A DNA stretch of 64,000 nt from Lingula anatina (lineage: Eukaryota; Animalia; Brachiopoda). Made by a program: the position numbers and the translations under genes. This document shows positions 62,701 through 64,000 of this stretch, one piece after another. The notes under the pieces were generated by a model. The model was not told the origin of the DNA. It saw only the letters and a list, made by a program, of their open reading frames with translations, and did no database searches. The stretch lies in NCBI GenBank assembly GCA_051362555.1, contig CM120644.1:11430567-11494566 (forward strand), read 5' to 3'. Within the stretch, counting starts at the first letter, position 1. Each line of letters opens with the position of its first letter.

Positions 62701-64000
62701 ACAGTGAGGCCATCGGCGGTAGTGACAGCATCAGTAACGCTGACAGTTGGTGCAACAGTAAGGCCATCGGCAGTAGTGACAGCATCAGTAACGCTGACAG
62801 TTGGTGCAACAGTGAGGCCATCGGCGGTAGTGACAGCATCAGTAACATTAACAGTTGGTGCAACAGTGAGGCCATCAGCAGTAGTGACAGCATCGGTAAC
62901 ACTGACAGTTGGTGCAACAGTGAGGCCATCGGCAGTAGTGACAGCATCGGTAACACTGACAGTTGGTGCAACAGTGAGGCCATCGGCAGTAGTGACAGCA
63001 TCAGTAACGCTGACCGTTGGTGCAACAGTGAGGCCATCAGCAGTAGTGACAGCATCAGTAACACTGACAGTTGGTGCAACAGTGAGGCCATCGGCAGTAG
63101 TGACAGCATCAGTAACACTGACAGTTGGTGCAACAGTGAGGCCATCGGCAGTAGTGACAGCATCGGTAACACTGACAGTTGGTGCAACAGTGAGGCCATC
63201 GGCAGTAGTGACAGCATCAGTAACATTGACAGTTGGTGCAACAGTGATGCCATCGGCGGTAGTGACAGCATCTGTAACATTAACAGTTGGTGCAACAGTG
63301 ATGCCATCGGCGGTAGTGACAGCATCGGTAACACTGACAGTTGGTGCAACAGTGATGCCATCGGCGGTAGTGACAGCATCGGTAACACTGACAGTTGGTG
63401 CAACAGTGAGGCCATCGGCAGTAGTGACAGCATCGGTAACACTGACAGTTGGTGCAACAGTGAGGCCATCGGCGGTAGTGACAGCATCGGTAACACTGAC
63501 AGTTGGTGCAACAGTGAGGCCATCGGCGGTAGTGAGCGCATCGGTAACACTGACAGTTGGTGCAACAGTGAGGCCATCGGCGGTAGTGACAGCATCGGTT
63601 ACACTGACAGTTGGTGCAACAGTGAGGCCATCGGCGGTAGTGACAGCATCGGTAACACTGACAGTTGGTGCAACAGTGAGGCCTTCGGCAGTAGTGACAG
63701 CATCAGTAACACTGACAGTTGGTGCAGCAGTGAGGCCATCGGCAGTAGTGACAGCATCAGTAACACTGACAGTTGGTGCAACAGTGAGGCCATCGGCAGT
63801 AGTGACAGCATCAGTAACACTGACAGTTGGTGCAGCAGTGAGGCCATCGGCAGTAGTGACAGCATCAGTAACACTGACAGTTGGTGCAACAGTGAGGCCA
63901 TCGGCAGTAGTGACAGCATCAGAAACACTGACAGTTGGTGCAACAGTGAGGCCATCGGCAGTAGTGACAGCATCAGTGACATTAACAGTTGGTGCAACAG
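44736..64000 (-). CDS. Giant Thr/Val/Ala/Asp-rich 18-aa tandem-repeat protein exon (mucin-like or beta-solenoid), 5'-truncated by the window edge, >=6400 aa
   Basis: The TVAPTVSVTDAVTTADGL frame shows no stop from the window end to 44736; the ORF-track start at 60272 is only the first GTG. The common unit-to-unit variants are synonymous in this frame. The array runs in frame into a unique ~100-aa tail (TTISTAISTTSAAPG...LDCTNINEDEDLEKALRCLVSG...RQVHRE*). Confidence 0.8.
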   Translation of the reverse strand, partial: VAPTVNVTDAVTTADGLTVAPTVSVSDAVTTADGLTVAPTVSVTDAVTTADGLTAAPTVSVTDAVTTADGLTVAPTVSVTDAVTTADGLTAAPTVSVTDAVTTAEGLTVAPTVSVTDAVTTADGLTVAPTVSVTDAVTTADGLTVAPTVSVTDALTTADGLTVAPTVSVTDAVTTADGLTVAPTVSVTDAVTTADGLTVAPTVSVTDAVTTADGITVAPTVSVTDAVTTADGITVAPTVNVTDAVTTADGITVAPTVNVTDAVTTADGLTVAPTVSVTDAVTTADGLTVAPTVSVTDAVTTADGLTVAPTVSVTDAVTTADGLTVAPTVSVTDAVTTADGLTVAPTVSVTDAVTTADGLTVAPTVSVTDAVTTADGLTVAPTVNVTDAVTTADGLTVAPTVSVTDAVTTADGLTVAPTVSVTDAVTTADGLTVAPTVSVTDAVTTADGLTAAPTVSVTDAVTTADGLTVAPTVNVTDAVTTADGLTVAPTVNVTDAVTTADGLTVAPTVSVTDAVTTADGLTVAPTVSVTDAVTTADGLTVAPTVSVTDAVTTADGLTVAPTVSVTDAVTTADGLTVAPTVSVTDAVTTADGLTVAPTVSVTDAVTTADGLTVAPTVSVTDAVTTADGLTVAPTVSVTDAVTTADGLTVAPTVSVTDAVTTADGLTVAPTVSVTDAVTTADGLTVAPTVIVTDAVTTADGLTVAPTVSVTDAVTTADGLTVAPTVSVTDAVTTADGLTVAPTVNVTDAVTTADGLTVAPTVNITDAVTTADGLTVAPTVNVTDAVTTADGLTVAPTVNVTDAVTTADGLTVAPTVNVTDAVTTADGLTVAPTVSVTDAVTTADGLTVAPTVSVTDAVTTADGLTVAPTVSVTDAVTTADGLTVAPTVSVTDAVITADGLTVAPTVSVTDAVTTADGLTVAPTVNVTDAVTTADGLTVAPTVSVTDAVTTADGLTVAPTVSVTDAVTTADGLTVAPTVSVTDAVTTADGLTVAPTVNVTDAVTSADGLTVAPTVSVTDAVTTADGLTVAPTVSVTDAVTTADGLTVAPTVNVTDAVTTADGLTVAPTVSVTDAVTTADGLTVAPTVNVTDAVTTADGLTVAPTVSVTDAVTTADGLTVAPTVSVTDAVTTADGLTVAPTVNVTDAVTTADGLTVAPTVSVTDAVTTADGLTVAPTVSVTDAVTTADGLTIAPTVSVTDAVTTADGLTVAPAISVTDAVTTADGLTVAPTVSVTDAVTTAEDLTVTPTVNVTDAVTTADGFTAAPTVNVTDAVTTADGLTVAPTVSVTDTVTTADGLTVAPTVSVTDAVTTADGLTVAPTVSVTDAVTTADGITVAPTVSVTDAVTTADGVTVAPTVSVTDTVTTADGLTVAPTVSVTDAVTTADGLTVAPTVSVTDAVTTADGLTVAPTVSVTDAVTTADGLTVTPTFNVTDAVTTADGFTAAPTVNVTDAVTTADGLTVAPTVSVTDAVTTADGLTVAPTVNVTDAVTTADGLTVAPTVNVTDAVTTADGLTVAPPVNVTDAVTTADGLTVAPTVSVTDAVTTADVLTVAPTVSVTDAVTTADGLTVAPTVSVTDAVTTADGLTVAPTVSVTDAVTTADGLTVAPTVSVTDAVTTADGLTVAPTVSVTDAVTTADGLTVAPTVNVTDAVTTADGLTVAPTVSVTDAVTTADGLTVAPTVSVTDAVTTADGLTVAPTVSVTDAVTTADGLTVAPTVSVTDAVTTADGLTVAPTVSVTDAVTTADGLTVAPTVNVTDAVTTADGLTVAPTVSVTDAVTTADGLTVAPTVSVTDAVTTADGLTVAPTVSVTDAVTTADGITVAPTVSVTDAVTTADGLTVAPTVNVTDAVTTADGLTVAPTVSVTDAVTTADGLTVAPTVSVTDAVTTADGLTVAPTVNVTDAVTTADGLTVAPTVSVTDAVTTADGLTVAPTVNVTDAVTTADGLTVAPTLSVTDAVTTADGLTVAPTVNVTDAVTTADGLTVAPTVSVTDAVTTADGLTVAPTVSVTDAVTTADGLTVAPTVSVTDAVTTADGLTIAPTVSVTDAVTTVDGLTVAPTVSVTDAVTTADGLTVAPTVSVTDAVTTADGLTVAPTVNVTDAVTSADGLTVAPTVSVTDAVTTADGLTVAPTVSVTDAVTTADGLTVAPTVSVTDAVTTADGLTVAPTVSVTDAVTTADGLTVAPTVSVTDAVTTADGFTVAPTVSVTDAVTTADGLTVAPTVSVTDAVTTADGLTVAPTVNVTDAVTTADGLTVAPTVSVTDAVTTADGLTVAPTVSVTDAVTTADGLTVAPTVSVTDAVTTADGLTVAPTVSVTDAVTTADGLTVAPTVNVTDAVTTADGLTVAPTVSVTDAVTTADGLTVAPTVSVTDAVTTADGLTVAPTVSVTDAVTTADGLTVAPTVSVTDAVTTADGLTVAPTVNVTDAVTTADGLTVAPTVSVTDAVTTADGLTVAPTVSVTDAVTTADGLTVAPTVSVTDAVTTADGLTVAPTVNVTDAVTTADGLTVAPNVSVTDAVTTADGLTVAPTVSVTDAVTTADGLTVAPTVSVTDAVTTADGLTVAPTVSVTDAVTTADGLTVAPTVSVTDAVTTADGLTVAPTVNVTDAVTTADGLTVAPTVSVTDAVTTADGLTVAPTVSVTDAVTTADGLTVAPTVNVTDAVTTADGLTVAPTVSVTDAVTTADGLTVAPTVSVTDAVTTADGLTVAPTVSVTDAVTTADGLTVAPTVSVTDAVTTADGLTVAPTVNVTDAVTTADGLTVAPTVSVTDAVTTADGLTVAPTVSVTDAVTTGDGLTVAPTVSVTDAVTTADGLTVAPTVSVTDAVTTADGLTVAPTVSVTDAVTTADGLTVAPTVSVTDAVTTADGLTVAPTVSVTDAVTTADGLTVAPTVSVTDAVTTADGLTVAPTVNVTDAVTTADGLTVAPTVSVTDAVTTADGLTVAPTVSVTDAVTTADGLTVAPTVSVTDAVTTADGLTVAPTVSVTDAVTTADGLTVAPTVNVTDAVTTADGLTVAPTVSVTDAVTTADGLTVAPTVSVTDAVTTADGLTVAPTVNVTDAVTTADGLTVAPTVSVTDAVTTADGLTVAPTVNVTDAVTTADGLTVAPTVSVTDAVTTADGLTVAPTVNVTDAVTTADGLTVAPTVSVTDAVTTADGLTVAPTVSVTDAVTTADGLTVAPTVSVTDAVTTADGLTVAPTVSVTDAVTTADGLTVAPTVSVTDAVTTADGLTVAPTVNVTDAVTTADGLTVAPTVSVTDAVTTADGLTVAPTVSVTDAVTTGDGLTVAPTVSVTDAVTTADGLTVAPTVSVTDAVTTADGLTVAPTVSVTDAVTTADGLTVAPTVSVTDAVTTADGLTVAPTVSVTDAVTTADGLTVAPTVSVTDAVTTADGLTVAPTVNVTDAVTTADGLTVAPTVSVTDAVTTADGLTVAPTVSVTDAVTTADGLTVAPTVSVTDAVTTADGLTVAPTVSVTDAVTTADGLTVAPTVNVTDAVTTADGLTVAPTVSVTDAVTTADGLTVAPTVSVTDAVTTADGLTVAPTVNVTDAVTTADGLTVAPTVSVTDAVTTADGLTVAPTVNVTDAVTTADGLTVAPTVSVTDAVTTADGLTVAPTVNVTDAVTTADGLTVAPTVSVTDAVTTADGLTVAPTVSVTDAVTTADGLTVAPTVSVTDAVTTADGLTIAPTVSVTDAVTTADGLTVAPTVSATDAVSTADGLTVAPTVSVTDAVTTADGLTVVPTVSVTDAVTTGDGLTVAPTVSVTVAVTTADGLTVAPTVSVTDAVTTADGLTVAPTVSVTDAVTTADGLTVAPTVSVTDAVTTADGLTVAPTVNVTDAVTSADGLTVAPTVSVTDAVTTADGLTVAPTVSVTDAVTTADGLTVAPTVNVTHAVTTADGLTVAPTVSVTDAVTTAAGLTVAPTVSVTDAVTTADGLTVAPTVSVTDAVTTADGLTVAPTVNVTDAVTTADGLTVAPTVSVTDAVTTADGLTVAPTVSVTDAVTTADGLTVAPTVSVTDAVTTADGLTVAPTVSVTDAVTTADGLTVVPTVNVTDAVTTADDLTIAPTVSVTDVVTTADGLTVAPTVSVTDAVTTTDGLTVAPTVSVTDAATTADGLTVAPTVSVTDAVTTADGLTIATTVSVTDAVTTADGLTVAPTVNVTDTVTTADGLTVAPTVSVTDAVTTADGLTVAPTVSVTDAVTTADGLTVAPTVNVTDAVTTADGLTVAPTVSVTDAVTNADGLTVAPTVSVTDAVTTADGLTVAPTVSVTDAVTSADGLTVAPTVSVTDAVTTADGLTVAPTVSVTDAVTTADGLTVAPTVNVTDAVTTADGLTVALTVSVTDAVTTADGLTVAPTVSVTDAVTTADGLTVAPTVSVTDAVTTADGLTVAPTVSVTDAVTTADGLTVAPTVSVTDAVTTADGLTVAPTVSVTDAVTTADGLTVAPTVSVTDAVTTADGLTVAPTVSVTDAVTTADGLTVAPTVSVTDAVTTADGLTVAPTVNVTDAVTTADGLTVAPTVSVTDAVTTADGLTVAPTVSVTDAVTTADGLTVAPTVSVTDAVTTADGLTVAPTVSVTDAVTTADGLTVAPTVSVTDAVTTADGLTVAPTVSVTDAVTTADGLTVAPTVNVTDAVTTADGLTVAPTVSVTDAVTTADGLTVAPTVSVTDAVTTADGLTVAPTVSVTDAVTTADGLTVSPTVSVTDAVTTADGLTVAPTVNVTDAVTTADGLTVAPTVNVTDAVTTADGLTVAPTVSVTDAVTTADGLTVAPTVSVTDAVTTADGLTVAPTVSVTDAVTTADGLTVAPTVNVTDAVTTADGLTVAPTVSVTDAVTTADGLTVAPTVSVTDAVTTADGLTVAPTVSVTDAVTTADGLTVAPTVSVTDAVTTADGLTVAPTVNVTDAVTTADGLTVAPTVSVTDAVTTADGLTVAPTVSVTDAVTTADGLTIAPTVSVTDAVTTADGLTVSPTVSVTDAVTTADGLTVAPTVSVTDAVTTADGLTVAPTVNVTDAVTTADGLTVAPTVSVTDAVTTADGLTVAPTVSVTDAVTTADGLTVAPTVSVTDAVTTADGLTVAPTVNVTDAVTTADDLTVAPTVSVTDAVTTADGLTVAPTVSVTDAVTTADGLTVAPTVSVTDAVTTADGLTVAPTVNVTDAVTTADGLTVAPTVSVTDAVTTADGLTVAPTVSVTDAVTTADGLTVAPTVNVTDAVTTADGLTVAPTVSVTDAVTTADGLTVAPTVSVTDAVTTADGLTVAPTVSVTDAVTTADGLTVSPTVSVTDAVTTADGLTVAPTVNVTDAVTTADGLTVAPTVSVTDAVTTADGLTVAPTVSVTDAVTTADGLTVAPTVSVTDAVTTADGLTVAPTVNVTDAVTTADGLTVAPTVSVTDAVTNADGLTVAPTVSVTDAVTTADGLTVAPTVSVTDAVTTVDGLTVAPTVSVTDAVTTADGLTVAPTVSVTDAVTTADGLTVAPTVSVTDAVTTADGLTVAPTVSVTDAVTTADGLTVAPTVSVTDAVTTADGLTVAPTVNVTDAVTTADGLTVAPTVSVTDAVTTADGLTVAPTVSVTDAVTTADGLTVAPTVSVTDAVTTADGLTVSPTVSVTDAVTTADGLTVAPTVNVTDAVTTADGLTVAPTVSVTDAVTTADGLTVAPTVSVTDAVTTADGLTVAPTVNVTDSVTTADGLTVAPTVSVTDAVTNADGLTVAPTVSVTDAVTTADGLTVAPTVSVTDAVTTADGLTVAPTVSVTDAVTTADGLTVSPTVSVTDAVTTADGLTVAPTVNVTDAVTTADGLTVAPTVSVTDAVTTADGLTVAPTVSVTDAVTTADGLTVAPTVSVTDAVTTADGLTVAPTVNVTDAVTTADGLTVAPTVSVTDAVTNADGLTVAPTVSVTDAVTTADGLTVAPTVSVTDAVTTADGLTVAPTVSVTDAVTTADGLTVAPTVNVTDAVTTADGLTVAPTVSVTDAVTTADGLTVAPTVSVTDAVTTADGLTVAPTVSVTDAVTTADGLTVAPTVSVTDAVTTADGLTVAPTVSVTDAVTTADGLTVAPTVSVTDAVTTADGLTVAPTVSVTDAVTTADGLTVAPTVSVTDAVTTADGLTVAPTVSVTDAVTTADGLTVAPTVSVTDAVTTADGLTFAPTVNVTDAVTTADGLTVAPTVSVTDAVTTADGLTVAPTVSVTDAVTTADGLTVAPTVSVTDAVTTADGLTVSPTVNVTDAVTTADGLTVAPTVSVTDAVTTADGLTVAPTVSVTDAVTTADGLTVAPTVSVTDAVTTADGLSVAPSVSVTDAVTTADGLTVAPTVSVTDAVTTADGLTVAPAVSVTDAVTTADGLTHAPTASVTDGLTTISTAISTTSAAPGSIAGTTDAPVTTTTMRVETTTLDCTNINEDEDLEKALRCLVSGAGNIASRTTDVGTFFDKVHDLLLRLSNRQVHRE
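45016..64000 (-). repeat. 54-bp coding minisatellite, ~350 units in window, with higher-order repeats
   Basis: Minus-strand consensus ACTGTTGCACCAACTGTCAGTGTTACYGATGCTGTCACTACYGCCGATGGCCTC; no indels noticed; the rare TTGD variant recurs at 52779, 54183 and 55641 (spacings of 26 and 27 units). Confidence 0.97.

Noticed and set aside
45011-63997. Minus-strand MASLLHQLSVLPMLSLL ORFs
   Set aside because: Alternative frame of the same repeat, fragmented by many stops.

Overview
AT-rich, intron-containing animal genomic DNA; an invertebrate deuterostome such as an echinoderm is my guess from repeat style and is not established. (1) Two tandem, same-strand progranulin genes: paralog A 2250-16265 (21 coding exons, 19 granulin modules, ~1622 aa) and paralog B 21814-37983 (19 coding exons, 18 modules, ~1504 aa). 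B appears to have lost A's divergent C-terminal modules by an exon-fusing deletion and re-grown by tandem amplification of two near-identical exon+intron units. (2) A 3-exon secreted 10-Cys prokineticin/astakine/colipase-fold gene at 40973-41897, absent from the ORF track. (3) A minus-strand reading frame open for >=19.2 kb (44736 to the window end), made of ~350 copies of a 54-bp/18-aa unit TVAPTVSVTDAVTTADGL; variation is mostly synonymous and the unit has a 3x6-residue substructure suggesting a beta-solenoid rather than a plain mucin. (4) An orphan ~17-unit fragment of that array at 19256-20160 that probably marks the breakpoint of the tandem duplication. (5) Many MITE-like palindromic insertions, microsatellites, and a recurrent AGGTCAnnnTGACCT palindrome abutting progranulin 5' splice sites. 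All gene models are hand-derived from GT-AG sites and reading frame, without transcript evidence.
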